From the NCBI GenBank assembly GCA_963749075.1, contig CAVVLJ010000017.1:288001-352000 (forward strand): a DNA stretch of 64,000 nt, written 5' to 3'. The translations under genes and the position numbers were made by a program. The notes beneath the pieces were generated by a model. The model did no database searches, was not told the DNA's origin, and saw nothing but the letters and a program-made list of their open reading frames with translations. Below, piece by piece: positions 30,556-41,096 of this stretch; position 1 is the first letter of the stretch, and every line of letters starts with the position of its first letter. The stretch comes from an uncultured Pseudomonadota bacterium (GTDB lineage: Bacteria > Pseudomonadota > Alphaproteobacteria > JACZXZ01).

Positions 30556-32144
30556 CCGCGCGCCAGCGCGGCCCCGTCTCGGTGGAGCTTGTAGACGATG
30601 CCGTCGCAGAGCGCCTCGTAGGACGCCTCGATGATGTTGGCGGAGATGCCAACCGTCGACCAGCGCCCGCCGTGGCCGTCCGCACTCTCGATCATCACAC
30701 GGGTGACCGCCTTGGTGCCCTCGGCCGGCGTCAGGATGCGCACCTTGTAGTCGACGAGGCGCATGTCGGCGAGCTGCGGATAGTGCTTGGCGAGCGCCTT
30801 CCTGAGCGCCGTGTCGAGTGCGTCGACGGGCCCGTTGCCCTCGGCCACCTCCATGTGCGGCTCGTCGCCCACCACGAGTTTGATCACTGCCTGGGAGACG
30901 GTGACGATGGCGCCCTTGGCGCTCCAGCGCCGCTCGGTCTCGACGCGGAAGCTCTGGGTCAGGAAGTATTGCGCCATGCCGTCGAGCTCGCGCCGGGCGA
31001 GGAGCTCGAAGCTCGCCTCGGCGCCGTCGTAGGCGTAGCCCTGGTACTCGCGCTCCTTCACCTTCTCGACGAGCTTGGCTACCTTGGGATCGTCCGCCTC
31101 GACGGCGAGGCCGATCTCGCGGAAGCGCGCCAGGATGTTTGAACGGCCCGCCTGGTCCGACACCACGACGTGGCGCGCGTTGCCGACGAGCTCGGGGCGG
31201 ATGTGCTCGTAGCAGGCCGGATCCTTCTCCACCGCCGAGACATGGAGCCCGCCCTTGTGGGCAAAGGCGCTCTCGCCCACGTAAGGGGCGTTGCGCCGAG
31301 GTGCGCGGTTGAGGCGCTCGTCGACGAGGCGCGAGACATGGGTGAGCCTGGCAAGCTCGCTTGCCGCGACCCCCGTCTCGCAGCCCATCTTGAGCATGAG
31401 CGTCGGGATGAGCGAGACGAGGTTGGCATTGCCGCAGCGCTCGCCGAGGCCGTTGACGGTGCCCTGAATCTGGCGTGCGCCGGCGCGCACCGCGGCGAGC
31501 GAGTTGGCCACCGCATTGTCCGTGTCGTTGTGGCAATGGATGCCGAGCCGCTCGCCGGGGATGCGCTCGGCGACGCTGGCCACGATGCGCTCAACCTCGT
31601 GCGGCAAGCTGCCGCCGTTGGTATCGCAGAGCACGATCCAGGCCGCCCCCGCGGCATGGGCCGCCTCGACGCACTCGAGCGCATAGGCGGGATTGGCCTT
31701 ATAGCCGTCGAAGAAATGCTCGGCGTCGAACATCGCTTCGCGGCCGGCCGCACGCGCATGCGCGATGCTCTCCGCGATCATGCGCCGGTTCTCGGCGAGA
31801 TCGGTGCCGAGTGCCGTGGTGACGTGGTAGTCCCAGCTCTTGCCGACGAGGCAGAGGGTGGGAGCCGAGGTGCCCAAGAGCGCAGCCAAGCCGGGGTCGT
31901 TCGCCGCGCTGCGCCCGGCGCGCCGCGTCATGCCGAAGGCGGCGAGCCGCGCGTGGCGAAGCTGAGGTGCGCTCGCGAAGAAGGCGTCGTCGGTCGGATT
32001 GGCGCCCGGCCAGCCGCCCTCGACGTAATCTATGCCGAGCTGGTCGAGCGCCTCGGCAATGGCGATCTTGTCGGCGGCCGAGAAATCGACACCCTGGGTC
32101 TGGCCGCCGTCGCGCAGCGTGCTGTCGTAGAGGTAGATGCGCAT
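30549..32144 (-). CDS. cimA: Citramalate synthase
   Basis: YDSTLRDGGQ, EGGWPGANP, FDAEHFFDG, HCHND, AFAHKGGLH. Confidence 0.93.
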   Translation of the reverse strand: MRIYLYDSTLRDGGQTQGVDFSAADKIAIAEALDQLGIDYVEGGWPGANPTDDAFFASAPQLRHARLAAFGMTRRAGRSAANDPGLAALLGTSAPTLCLVGKSWDYHVTTALGTDLAENRRMIAESIAHARAAGREAMFDAEHFFDGYKANPAYALECVEAAHAAGAAWIVLCDTNGGSLPHEVERIVASVAERIPGERLGIHCHNDTDNAVANSLAAVRAGARQIQGTVNGLGERCGNANLVSLIPTLMLKMGCETGVAASELARLTHVSRLVDERLNRAPRRNAPYVGESAFAHKGGLHVSAVEKDPACYEHIRPELVGNARHVVVSDQAGRSNILARFREIGLAVEADDPKVAKLVEKVKEREYQGYAYDGAEASFELLARRELDGMAQYFLTQSFRVETERRWSAKGAIVTVSQAVIKLVVGDEPHMEVAEGNGPVDALDTALRKALAKHYPQLADMRLVDYKVRILTPAEGTKAVTRVMIESADGHGGRWSTVGISANIIEASYEALCDGIVYKLHRDGAALARGR

Positions 32145-32220
32145 GCGCTTGCCGCTCTCGCGCTCTCGTCATGGGGGGCGGCAAATTGCCACGGCGGCCG
32201 CTGCAAGTCAAAGAGTTGCC

Positions 32221-32258
32221 CACCCCACTCCACCTCTCCTCCTAAAGGCGGAGAGGGG
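32221..32258. repeat. Single-arm palindromic repeat variant
   Basis: CCTCTCCTCCT-AA-AGGCGGAGAGG hairpin; related to 50423-50462. Confidence 0.55.
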
Positions 32259-32268
32259 CGCGGCCTCT

Positions 32269-33669
32269 CTACCCTTTCCGCCGCCAGAGCGTCCCCTTGG
32301 GCGTGTCCTCGAGGAGGATGCCGCGCGCCGCGAGCTCGTCGCGGATGCGGTCGGCCTCGGCGAAGTTGCGCGCCTTGCGCGCGGCGTTGCGTGCCTCGAT
32401 CAGGCGATCGATCTCCGCGACCTCGCCTGCCGCGGAGGCGCCCTTGAACCACGCTTCCGGCCGCGCGCCGAGGAGACCCAGCGCCGCACCGCAAGCGGTA
32501 AGACACGCAGCGAGCACGGCCTTGCCCTCCCCAGCGCTCGCGGCGAGCGTCTCGCTCGCCAGCGCATCCATGACGGAGAGTGCCAATGGCGTATTGAGGT
32601 CGTCGTCGAGGGCCGCCTCGAACTCTGCGGGGAGCAGCGGAGGTATTCCCTCACCCCGACCCTCTCCCGCAAGCGGGAGAGGGAGGTCCGCCGAGAGCAG
32701 CGCGCGGTACCAGCGGTCGAGCCGCGCCTTGGCCTGCTCGACGACGTCGCGGGTGAAGTCGAGCGGCTGGCGGTAGTGCGTGGAGATGAGGACGAGGCGC
32801 AGCGCCTCGCCGGGAATGCCCTCCTCGAGGAGCTGGCGCACGGTGAGGAAATTACCGAGCGACTTCGACATCTTCTCGCTCTGCACGGCGACAAGGCCGT
32901 TGTGCAGCCAGAAGCGCGCGAAGGGCTTCCCGTGCGCGCTCTCGCTCTGAGCGATCTCGTTCTCGTGATGGGGGAAGACGAGGTCGATGCCGCCGCCGTG
33001 GATGTCGAAAGTCTCGCCCAAGTGGCGCTCGCTCATGGCCGAGCACTCGATGTGCCAGCCGGGGCGGCCGCGGCCCCACGGGCTCGGCCAGCCGGGCTGC
33101 TCGGCGTCCGACGGCTTCCATAAGACGAAGTCGGCGGGGTCGCGCTTGTAGGGTGCTATCTCGACGCGGGCGCCGGCGATCATCTCCTCGCGGTCGCGGC
33201 GCGAGAGCTTGCCGTAATCCGGCTTGGAGGCGACGCTGAAGAGCACGTGGCCTTCCGCCGCGTAAGCATGGCCGCCGGCGATGAGCCGCTCGATCATGGC
33301 GATCATCTCGGCGATGTGCCGGGTGGCGTGCGGCTCGGCGTCGGGAGGCAGGGCCGCGAGTGCCGCCATGTCGGCGTGGAAGGCCTCCTCGGTGCGCCGT
33401 GTTAGGGCCGCGATCGGCTCGCCGTTCTCGCGCGCCGCGGCGATGATCTTGTCATCCACGTCGGTGACGTTGCGCACGTAGACGACGCGGCGATAGCGCC
33501 GCTTCAAGAGGCGGTAGAGCACGTCGAAGACGACGACCGGCCGCGCATTGCCGACATGGGCCAGATCATAGACCGTGGGCCCGCAGACATACATGCGCAC
33601 GCGCCCGGCCTCGAGCGGCTCGAAAAGCTCCTTCCTGCGGCTGAGCGTATTGTAAAGCGTGAGCGCCAC
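32269..33669 (-). CDS. cysS: Cysteine--tRNA ligase with an in-frame repeat insertion
   Basis: [30 protein letters not shown]; GTG start with GGAGG RBS. Confidence 0.97.
   Translation of the reverse strand: MALTLYNTLSRRKELFEPLEAGRVRMYVCGPTVYDLAHVGNARPVVVFDVLYRLLKRRYRRVVYVRNVTDVDDKIIAAARENGEPIAALTRRTEEAFHADMAALAALPPDAEPHATRHIAEMIAMIERLIAGGHAYAAEGHVLFSVASKPDYGKLSRRDREEMIAGARVEIAPYKRDPADFVLWKPSDAEQPGWPSPWGRGRPGWHIECSAMSERHLGETFDIHGGGIDLVFPHHENEIAQSESAHGKPFARFWLHNGLVAVQSEKMSKSLGNFLTVRQLLEEGIPGEALRLVLISTHYRQPLDFTRDVVEQAKARLDRWYRALLSADLPLPLAGEGRGEGIPPLLPAEFEAALDDDLNTPLALSVMDALASETLAASAGEGKAVLAACLTACGAALGLLGARPEAWFKGASAAGEVAEIDRLIEARNAARKARNFAEADRIRDELAARGILLEDTPKGTLWRRKG
32647..32684. repeat. Palindromic repeat arm (subfamily 2) inside cysS
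   Basis: TCCCTCACCCCGACCCTCTCCCGCAAGCGGGAGAGGGA; translated as [13 protein letters not shown]. Confidence 0.85.
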
Positions 33670-33758
33670 GGCATCCCCCTCCGACCGGGGCCCATTGGTA
33701 ACAAGCGGCCGGCAACGCCAGCAAGCGTTCCTTTGCTTTATGCGCTTGGGCTCGTTCT

Positions 33759-33859
33759 CCCCCCACCCTACCCTCCCCCTCAAGGGGGGAGGGGAAAGAT
33801 GGTCGGGCTCGGCAAATGAACCCCCTCCCCCCTTGAGGGGGAGGGTTGGGGTGGGGGGG
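33759..33859. repeat. Double-hairpin repeat, copy D
   Basis: Inverted CCCTCCCCCTCAAGGGGGGAGGG arms with a unique spacer. Confidence 0.9.
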
Positions 33860-33865
33860 CCCGCG

Positions 33866-34531
33866 CTAATGCGCTGCCGTGAGCTTGAAGGAGGCGAAGA
33901 AGCGCTTGGCCTCGGCGCTCTTCTCGTGGTTGAGGGGACCGCCGGCGATGACCGCGTAGAGCCGGTCCTTGACGACGAGGAAGCGGTAGACCTGCGTATA
34001 GCCCTCCTTGTCGGAGAAGATCACCTCGCGGCCGTCGCGGCCGGAGAGCGCGGCCTTGCGGTCGGCGAGAAGCTTGACCGGCTGGCCCTTCACGAGATCG
34101 TTGCGCGCGACGTTGTAGATGAGCTCGGGATTGCGCCCGGCGAAGGTCCCGGGCTGGTAGTCCGTGTAGCTCACCACATAGGCGGTCGTGCCGAGATCGG
34201 CCGTGAAGACGTTGGCGACGCCGCCGCTCATGTCGGGCGGCTCGGACTTCACTTGCGGGGCTTTGGGAAAGAGCACCTCGAAGCCGCCGGCCTTGGAGTG
34301 GAACTCCTTCCAGACGGGGGCTGCGGCGAAAGCGGACGTGGCGAGGAGAACGAGAAGCGTCAGAGCTGCAAAGGCAAGCCGAGCGGGCGGTCCCTCACCC
34401 TTCCCGTTGCTTCGCAACGGGCCCCTTCCCTCTCCCGCAAGCGGGAGAGGGAGAAGTAGCTTTACCCTCTCCCGCTTGCGGGAGAGGGAGGGACCCAAGG
34501 CGAAGCCTTGGGCGGGTGAGGGACAGCTCAT
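33866..34531 (-). CDS. Secreted hypothetical protein (PsbP-like pattern) with a 45-codon repeat insertion at the N-terminus
   Basis: ATGA overlap with gltX; signal peptide after the insertion; [15 protein letters not shown]...FFASFKL. Confidence 0.7.
   Translation of the reverse strand: MSCPSPAQGFALGPSLSRKRERVKLLLPLPLAGEGRGPLRSNGKGEGPPARLAFAALTLLVLLATSAFAAAPVWKEFHSKAGGFEVLFPKAPQVKSEPPDMSGGVANVFTADLGTTAYVVSYTDYQPGTFAGRNPELIYNVARNDLVKGQPVKLLADRKAALSGRDGREVIFSDKEGYTQVYRFLVVKDRLYAVIAGGPLNHEKSAEAKRFFASFKLTAAH
34390..34524. repeat. 135-bp multi-hairpin palindromic element (subfamily 2)
   Basis: Terminal IR GTCCCTCACCC/GGGTGAGGGAC; two CCCTCTCCCGC-AA/TT-GCGGGAGAGGG hairpins plus side hairpins. Confidence 0.88.
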
Positions 34532-35874
34532 GCCGCCTCACCGTTCAACCGTGCCAGCGCGCGGGGACGGCCGATGAGCGGCAGCAGGGCTGCGAGCTCC
34601 GGCCCCCGCTCGCGGCCGGTGAGCGCCAGGCGCAAGGGGTGGAAGAGCGCCTTGCCGCTGCGCCCCGTGGCGCGCTTGAGGCTCTCGGTCCAGGCGCTCC
34701 AGGTGGCACGGTCCCACGGCTCGGGCGGCAGTGCCGCCGCCGCCTGCCGCGCGAAGCCCGCGTCCTCGATGAGGGGTGCGAGCTCGCCGTGGACCACGCG
34801 CCACCAGAGCGCCGCATCGTCGAGGCGCGTCAAGTTGCCGCGAACCGCCTCCCAGAAGGCGCGGTCGGCGTCCTCGAGCCCGAGGGCCGCGAGCCGGCCG
34901 GCCACCGCCTCGAACGGCGTCGAATGGAGGAGGCGTGCGTTGAGGCGCTGCAGCTCGTCGAGGTCGAACTTGGGCGTCGAGCGGCTGAAGTGGGAGATGT
35001 CGAACTCGGCTACGAGCTCGGCGAGCGACGCGCGCGGCTCGATGGCATCGGACGTGCCGAGCTTGGCAAGGAGGCTCGCGAGCGCCATGGGCTCGATGCC
35101 GCGCTCGCGAAGCTCGCCGAGCGAAAGGCTGCCGAGGCGCTTCGAGAAGCCAGCACCGCTCGCATCCGCGAGGAGCGGCAGATGGCCGAAGGCGAGCGCC
35201 TTCGCATCTCCGCCAAGCGCCGCGAAGAGCTCGATGTGGACCGCGGTATTGGCCACGTGGTCCTCGCCGCGGATGACGTGGCTGATGCCGAACTCGAGAT
35301 CGTCGGCGACGGAGGCGAGCGTGTAGAGCGGCCGGCCGTCGGCGCGCACGAGCACGGGATCGGAGAGATGGCCCGGCTCGAAGCGCACGCTGCCGCGCAC
35401 GAGGTCCTGCCACTCGACCGCCGCGTCCGAGAGGAGGAAGCGGTAGTGGGGAAGCCGGCCCGCCTGCTCGTATTTGCGCTTCTCCTCGGTGCCGAGCTTG
35501 AGTGCTGCGCGGTCGTAGACCGGGGGTGCCCGGCGGGCGAGCTGCATCTTGCGTTTGAGCTCGAGCTCCTCGGGCGTCTCGTAGCAGGGATAGAGCCGGC
35601 CCATGGCAGCGAGTTTCTGCGCGGCCTCGGCGTAGCGCGGCAGGCGGTCCGACTGGCGCGCGAAGCGGTCCCAGGCGAGGCCGAGCCAGGCGAGGTCCTC
35701 CTTGATCGCCTCCTCGAAGGCGCGCGTCGAGCGCTCCTCGTCGGTGTCGTCGATGCGGAGGAGGAAGCTGCCGCCGTGCTTGCGCGCGAAGAGCCAGTTG
35801 ATGAGCGCCGTGCGCACATTGCCGACGTGAAGCCGGCCGGTCGGGCTGGGTGCCACGCGCACGGCGACGGGCAT
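34528..35874 (-). CDS. gltX: Glutamate--tRNA ligase
   Basis: [33 protein letters not shown]. Confidence 0.95.
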   Translation of the reverse strand: MPVAVRVAPSPTGRLHVGNVRTALINWLFARKHGGSFLLRIDDTDEERSTRAFEEAIKEDLAWLGLAWDRFARQSDRLPRYAEAAQKLAAMGRLYPCYETPEELELKRKMQLARRAPPVYDRAALKLGTEEKRKYEQAGRLPHYRFLLSDAAVEWQDLVRGSVRFEPGHLSDPVLVRADGRPLYTLASVADDLEFGISHVIRGEDHVANTAVHIELFAALGGDAKALAFGHLPLLADASGAGFSKRLGSLSLGELRERGIEPMALASLLAKLGTSDAIEPRASLAELVAEFDISHFSRSTPKFDLDELQRLNARLLHSTPFEAVAGRLAALGLEDADRAFWEAVRGNLTRLDDAALWWRVVHGELAPLIEDAGFARQAAAALPPEPWDRATWSAWTESLKRATGRSGKALFHPLRLALTGRERGPELAALLPLIGRPRALARLNGEAA

Positions 35875-35880
35875 GCGGGA

Positions 35881-37536
35881 TCAGCCCTTGAAGCGGTTGG
35901 TGATCGGGTAGCGCCGGTCGCGCCCGAAGGCGCGCCGCGTGATCTTCACGCCGGGGGCTGCCTGGCGGCGCTTGTACTCGGCGCGGTCGAGCATGGACCA
36001 CACGCGCATCACGGTCGTCCGCTCGAAGCCCTTGGCCACGATCTCCTCGGGCCGCATCTCATGCTCGATGAGGCATTCGAGGATGCCGTCGAGGGTCTCG
36101 TAGGGCGGCAGCGTGTCCTGGTCGGTCTGGTTGGGCTTGAGCTCCGCCGTGGGCGCCTTGGCGATGATGCGCTCGGGGATGACGCGCCCCGCGGGGCCGA
36201 GAGCGCCCGCGGGATGCGCCTGGTTGCGCCAGCGCGAGAGGCCGTAGACCGTCGTCTTGTAGATGTCCTTGAGCGCGTTGTAGCCGCCGCACATGTCGCC
36301 GTAGAGCGTGGCATAGCCGACCGACATCTCGGACTTGTTGCCGGTGGTGAGCAGCATGTTTCCCGTGGCGTTGCTCAGCGCCATGAGCACCATGGCGCGC
36401 GCGCGCGGCTGGATGTTCTCGGCCGTGACCTCGGATGGCCTGCTGCCGAGCGCGGGTGCCAGCATGGCATCGAAGGCCTCGACCGCGGGCGCTATCGACA
36501 CGGTCTCGAGCGGGCAGCCGGTCAATGCTGCGAGCTCCGCTGCGTCCTCCATGCTCGCGTCCGAGGTGAAGCGCGAGGGGAGGCGCACGCAATGCACCTT
36601 CCGAGGGCCCAGCGCGTCGGCGGCGACGACGGCGGTCAGCGCCGAATCGATGCCGCCCGAGAGCCCGACAAGCACGCCCGGGAAGCCGTTCTTGGTGACG
36701 TAGTCGCGCACGCCGAGAAGCATCGCCTGATAGGTCGCCTCGAGGCCGTTGCGAATGGCCGCGATGCCGTCCGTCTCGCAGCGCCAGCCCTCGCCCGCAC
36801 GCCGCCAGCGCGTGGTGGCAACCGCCTCGCGCCAGGCCGGAAGCTGGGCCGCGAGCGTGCGGTCGGCGTTGAGTGCAAAGGAGGCGCCGTCGAACACCAG
36901 CTCGTCCTGGCCGCCCACCTCGTTGACGTAGATGAGCGGCAGGCCGGTCTCGACGATGCGGGCTGTGGCGAGGTCGATGCGCTCGTCGGACTTGTTGCTC
37001 TCGAAGGGCGAGCCGTTGATGACGACGAGGATCTCGGCACCCGATTCGGCGAGCGTCTCGCTCACGTCGGGGAACCACAGGTCCTCGCACACCTGGAGGC
37101 CGAGCCGCACGCCCTTGAACACGATGGGACCGGGCGCCGGGCCGGCGGCGAAGACGCGCTTCTCGTCGAAGACGCCGTAGTTCGGCAGCTCGTGCTTGAA
37201 GCGGATGTAGGAGATGCCGCCGCCCTCGAGCAGCAACGCCGCGTTGAAGAGCTTGCCGCCGCCGCGCCAGGGAGCGCCCACGATCACCGCCGGCCCGCCG
37301 TCAGCGGTCTCCTTGGCGAACTCCTTGACGGCAAGCTCGACCGCGTCCTGGAAGGCGGGCTTGAGCACGAGATCCTCGGGCGGATAGCCGGCTATGACGA
37401 GCTCGCTGGCGACGACGATGTCCGCCCTCTCCCCCGCCGCCACCGCGCGCGCGCGGCGCAGCAGCGCCACGTTCCCCGCGATGTCGCCGACCGTCGGGTT
37501 GAGCTGCGCCAGGGCGATCGAGAGGCTGTCGGTCAT
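35881..37536 (-). CDS. nadE: Glutamine-dependent NAD+ synthetase
   Basis: Nitrilase domain (GYPPEDL, KHELPNYGVFDEKR, VCEDLW) plus GLSGGIDS and TTGNKSE. Confidence 0.97.
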   Translation of the reverse strand: MTDSLSIALAQLNPTVGDIAGNVALLRRARAVAAGERADIVVASELVIAGYPPEDLVLKPAFQDAVELAVKEFAKETADGGPAVIVGAPWRGGGKLFNAALLLEGGGISYIRFKHELPNYGVFDEKRVFAAGPAPGPIVFKGVRLGLQVCEDLWFPDVSETLAESGAEILVVINGSPFESNKSDERIDLATARIVETGLPLIYVNEVGGQDELVFDGASFALNADRTLAAQLPAWREAVATTRWRRAGEGWRCETDGIAAIRNGLEATYQAMLLGVRDYVTKNGFPGVLVGLSGGIDSALTAVVAADALGPRKVHCVRLPSRFTSDASMEDAAELAALTGCPLETVSIAPAVEAFDAMLAPALGSRPSEVTAENIQPRARAMVLMALSNATGNMLLTTGNKSEMSVGYATLYGDMCGGYNALKDIYKTTVYGLSRWRNQAHPAGALGPAGRVIPERIIAKAPTAELKPNQTDQDTLPPYETLDGILECLIEHEMRPEEIVAKGFERTTVMRVWSMLDRAEYKRRQAAPGVKITRRAFGRDRRYPITNRFKG

Positions 37537-37599
37537 GGTCCCGTCGCCGCCTGGGCGGCGCGTGAGAGGGCGAAAGCGAAGCTGTTGCGCGGCAAGGGA

Positions 37600-37628
37600 A
37601 ACTTAGGATCGGGGCGGGGGAGTGTCAA
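37600..37628 (-). promoter_or_regulatory. sigma70 promoter of the nadE operon
   Basis: TTGACA-17 bp-TAAGTT on the minus strand. Confidence 0.65.
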
Positions 37629-37644
37629 TGGCGCGAGGAGGCGC

Positions 37645-38223
37645 CTATTTATTCTTGTCTTTCTGACCTTTGCTACGGTAACTCGGATTGTTCGACTCGA
37701 CTCTTCTCAAGTCCTGTATTCCGGGCGATGGTCCGCCGAGATAGCTCTCTGGCGGGCGGTCGGCACCGATACACATAAGAAACGTCCACCATACCGAATT
37801 GCTATTCGGAGCCGCGCCAAATAGGCGCGCCGATTCATAGAGAAATTTGCCCCCCATCAAGACACTTTCGACCTGAAAAACGGCATCTCGCCATTTTTCT
37901 CTCATGTCTCCTTCTTCTCCTTCTGCCAACAATTTAGCTATATTCTTGGCTACAGTCCCATTGTCCTGCAGAATATCGACGGTGTTCTCGCTCGTTAGGA
38001 GCACGTTCGGCAATGAGGCAAGCAGCCTGTGCGGCTCGACCTCCCTGCCGAGGAGGAAGTTGTCCTTGTCGGGGCCAAGGAACGGCGCGGTGGGATGGTC
38101 GCTGTACATACCATGGAATTCTTCGACCACCCGACCTGCGTCGTCGATCAGGGCGACGTAATTATGCTCGTAGCTCGTCATGTCTCCCGCCGGTTTCTCC
38201 ATGCTCACGATTTTCCAGCTCAT
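37645..38223 (-). CDS. Lower-GC hypothetical protein with HNY...NSNS motif
   Basis: GAGGAG RBS; many A/T-ending codons. Confidence 0.65.
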   Translation of the reverse strand: MSWKIVSMEKPAGDMTSYEHNYVALIDDAGRVVEEFHGMYSDHPTAPFLGPDKDNFLLGREVEPHRLLASLPNVLLTSENTVDILQDNGTVAKNIAKLLAEGEEGDMREKWRDAVFQVESVLMGGKFLYESARLFGAAPNSNSVWWTFLMCIGADRPPESYLGGPSPGIQDLRRVESNNPSYRSKGQKDKNK

Positions 38224-38404
38224 TGCTACGCTCCTCACTAAGGGACGGTGAAATCTCTCATGTATGGGTGCTGATGATTTGGCGCTCACAATCGGCGGCC
38301 CGCCCGAACGGGTCGCGTGGCGCATGCGCGGGGCCGCGCGAGCCCGTGAGGCTTCGCACGCCTGGTCTGTACCTTGGAGATGACGCTTCGCCGGCGTAGT
38401 GCGG

Positions 38405-39778
38405 CTATTCTAGGACTAGACCGGACATCGGGCAGGGTCGGTCGAGGGCCGCACGTTGGCGGTCGACTTGCAATCTCAGATAGCGCGCCGCGTTTCGCGC
38501 GCGCTTTCGCTCGTCGTCCGTGAGGACGGGAGCGTCAGCCGTCAGGTCAAAGCTCGCGAGAGCGTCGCCGATCCTTCCCTGCTGCATGGTCGCGGCAAAG
38601 AGCGCGAACGCGTCCGACATGCGCCTCTGGAACACGGTTTCTTTCTCGTTGAGGAGCTGCGCAGGGAGCTCACGCCCGGCTTGGAACGCCGCAATGAGCT
38701 CGTCGTAATAGCCGGGAAAGTCCCGGCATGCTTCGACAAGCCGGCCGTCCCGCCAATCGAGCACGATTGCCACATCCTCGTAGCCTCCTACGCAGGTGCG
38801 CTGACCCTTGCCATTCCCGGCCTCGATCCGATCCATCAGCGGAATGGTGCAGTGCCCGGAGTCCCAACGGCGGTCGTAGGAGATCGCCTCGTAGCGGCCG
38901 TCGCGGCCGAGGTCGCGGAGATCGTGGAGGACGTCGCCATCCTCCACCTCGACCGGATGCAGGCCCGTATCATCGGCCGACAGAAGCTCGATGCTCTCCG
39001 GTGCGGCTGTCCAATTCGGAGCAATGCCGTATCTGGCAATTATATAGCTGTGCCGCACGCGGTCCCGCTCGGGAAAGGTCACGGCCTCGAAGAAGCGGTC
39101 GCCATACTCGATGGAGTTGGGCAGGTCCGCTTCTGCGGCGGCACCGACCTGGCGCAGATTGTCCGATCCTGCTTCGGGGACATAGAGGGCGACGAGCATC
39201 TTTCGCGACGGCGGCCCGTTCAGGGGACATTCCGGCCGGTTCCACGCGACGACGAGCGCATCCTTCATGCCGTCGAGCTCGACCTTCTCGATCCGCCGGG
39301 CGGTCGCCCATCCGGGCTCGGGCGGCGTCACCCCGCGCGCAGCAATGGCGCGGTGCTCAAGGATACGGTCGAGAAGAAGCAAGCCGTAGGAGAGCTCCGA
39401 GCCGTCGGATTGCCAGGCCTCGGCCGTCGCCAGCGCCCCGTCGAAGTCGCCGCGCTGCCAATCATAGGCCATGGCGACGAGGAGAATCTTATAGGGAGCG
39501 AAGACGTCAAAGTCCTTGCGGTAGTGGCGGAACATGAAGGCGCGCGCCTGCCGGTCTCTGGCCAGTGCCCTGATGCGCGGCCCAACGGCGGTGAGATCGC
39601 CGCCTTCGTCGCACACCCGCCGCGTCTCTGCGACGATGCTCGTGACGCGTCTTTCGAGTTCGTCCGGCAATTCCGCGCGCGCCGCCGCGGCATAGGCGGC
39701 AAGCCAGGAAAGCACGAGCACCGCGACCGCGACGCGAACGGCCCGTCGTTGGACGGTAATGGCCGATGCGATGCCCAA
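38405..39778 (-). CDS. Lower-GC secreted hypothetical protein
   Basis: Signal peptide; DLGRDGRYE (FG-GAP-like) motif; several Cys. Confidence 0.65.
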   Translation of the reverse strand: MGIASAITVQRRAVRVAVAVLVLSWLAAYAAAARAELPDELERRVTSIVAETRRVCDEGGDLTAVGPRIRALARDRQARAFMFRHYRKDFDVFAPYKILLVAMAYDWQRGDFDGALATAEAWQSDGSELSYGLLLLDRILEHRAIAARGVTPPEPGWATARRIEKVELDGMKDALVVAWNRPECPLNGPPSRKMLVALYVPEAGSDNLRQVGAAAEADLPNSIEYGDRFFEAVTFPERDRVRHSYIIARYGIAPNWTAAPESIELLSADDTGLHPVEVEDGDVLHDLRDLGRDGRYEAISYDRRWDSGHCTIPLMDRIEAGNGKGQRTCVGGYEDVAIVLDWRDGRLVEACRDFPGYYDELIAAFQAGRELPAQLLNEKETVFQRRMSDAFALFAATMQQGRIGDALASFDLTADAPVLTDDERKRARNAARYLRLQVDRQRAALDRPCPMSGLVLE

Positions 39779-39893
39779 GCCGGCGGCTCACAAAAAAGCG
39801 GCCGAACCGGCCGCCGCGCAATTCTCCAGCATGAAAACAAACTAGCACGCCGATGGCCGTCGGTCAAACCTGGTTGAACTTTTTCATCCGCCG

Positions 39894-40226
39894 TCAACCG
39901 GGCGCGAGCCAGGCAAAGAGCACGATCGCGCCGACGCCCACCGCGGCCGCGATGAGGATGTTCTTGCGGCTCGCGTAGAAGGCCGCGAGCGAGAGGGCTG
40001 CGGCGGCAAGGCGCGCCCAGAGGGGAAGCTCCTTAAGCTCGCCGATCGGCAGCACGATCATGCGCGCGACGAGGCCGGCCAAGAGCGCGTAGGCGACGCA
40101 GCCCGTCCAGCGGAAGACGGCACCGCGCGGGTCGATGCGGCCGGCGAGTGCTACGCCCAAGCCGCGCCAGAGATAGGTGACCGCCGTCGCCGCGAGGATG
40201 GCGGGCCAGATCGAGGCCTCACGCAC
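39894..40226 (-). CDS. azlD: AzlD-family small membrane subunit
   Basis: VTYLWRGLG..CVAYALLAGLV; overlaps the azlC end. Confidence 0.8.
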   Translation of the reverse strand: MREASIWPAILAATAVTYLWRGLGVALAGRIDPRGAVFRWTGCVAYALLAGLVARMIVLPIGELKELPLWARLAAAALSLAAFYASRKNILIAAAVGVGAIVLFAWLAPG

Positions 40227-40965
40227 GGCGCCTCGCCTCCGCGAGCGCTTGCCGCGCCTCCGCCCGACGGTCGAGGAGGAAGGCCAAGGTGCCGGCGACG
40301 ACGCCGGTGAGCGGCAGGCCCCAGTCCGGCGTTGCGAGGTGGAAGAGCGGTCCGAGCACGGCGCCGGCCGTGAGCGCATAGAGCCGCGCGCGCTCGCGCA
40401 GGTCGGCGGTGAAGAGCAGCATGAAGTAGAGCGGATTGAGGAAGACGAGGCCCAAGGAGACGACATGGGGAAGCCCGCCCGCGAGTGCGAAGCCGCCGGC
40501 GGTGCCGGTGAAGCAACCCGCCCACAGCACGACCGTGAGACCGAAGAAGTAGGGGAGCCGCCTCTCCTCCTCGAGGCCCGGGCAGCGCTGCATGGCGAAG
40601 ACCCAGCTCGTCACCGCGACGAGCTGCGCCACCGGGTAGTAGAGCCAGCCCGGCCAATGGCGCGTGCGCAAATGCGCCATCAGCACCACGGTCATGGGAA
40701 GGAAGCGCGCATTGGTGAGTGCCACGGTGGTGGCGATGACGAGGAGCGAGCCGCCGGCGCCGTAGAGCTCGACGAGCGCCACCTGGCCCGGCAGCGCCCA
40801 GACGCCGAGGGTGGTGGCGAGCCCGGGGAGGAGGCCGAGCCCGGTCGCATGCACGAGCGAGCCGAAGCCGAGATAGCTCGCAGTCAAGGTCAAGGCCGGC
40901 AGGCCGCAGGCGTCGCGCAAGCCGAGTGCGAACGCCTCGCGGCGCGCGGACGAAGTCGTCGCCAT
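40219..40965 (-). CDS. azlC: AzlC-family exporter
   Basis: WALPGQVA, LTNARFLPM, multi-TM. Confidence 0.85.
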   Translation of the reverse strand: MATTSSARREAFALGLRDACGLPALTLTASYLGFGSLVHATGLGLLPGLATTLGVWALPGQVALVELYGAGGSLLVIATTVALTNARFLPMTVVLMAHLRTRHWPGWLYYPVAQLVAVTSWVFAMQRCPGLEEERRLPYFFGLTVVLWAGCFTGTAGGFALAGGLPHVVSLGLVFLNPLYFMLLFTADLRERARLYALTAGAVLGPLFHLATPDWGLPLTGVVAGTLAFLLDRRAEARQALAEARRRA

Positions 40966-41096
40966 GCCATGTCCCCCCTCGCCTTCGCCGGCGCGATGCT
41001 AAGGGGCGGCAGCCGGGCCTGCAAGCGTGCGCGCGACGGTGGGCACGAGTGGGACGCCTCGGCTATCATCGCGGCGTCCTTGCAAGGAGCATCGCC

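Noticed and set aside
34516-37824. 1102-aa plus-strand ORF and other long antisense or alternate-frame ORFs (e.g. 22288..24471, 60352..62472)
   Set aside because: Shadow ORFs of high-GC genes; Arg/Ala/Gly-rich with no motifs.
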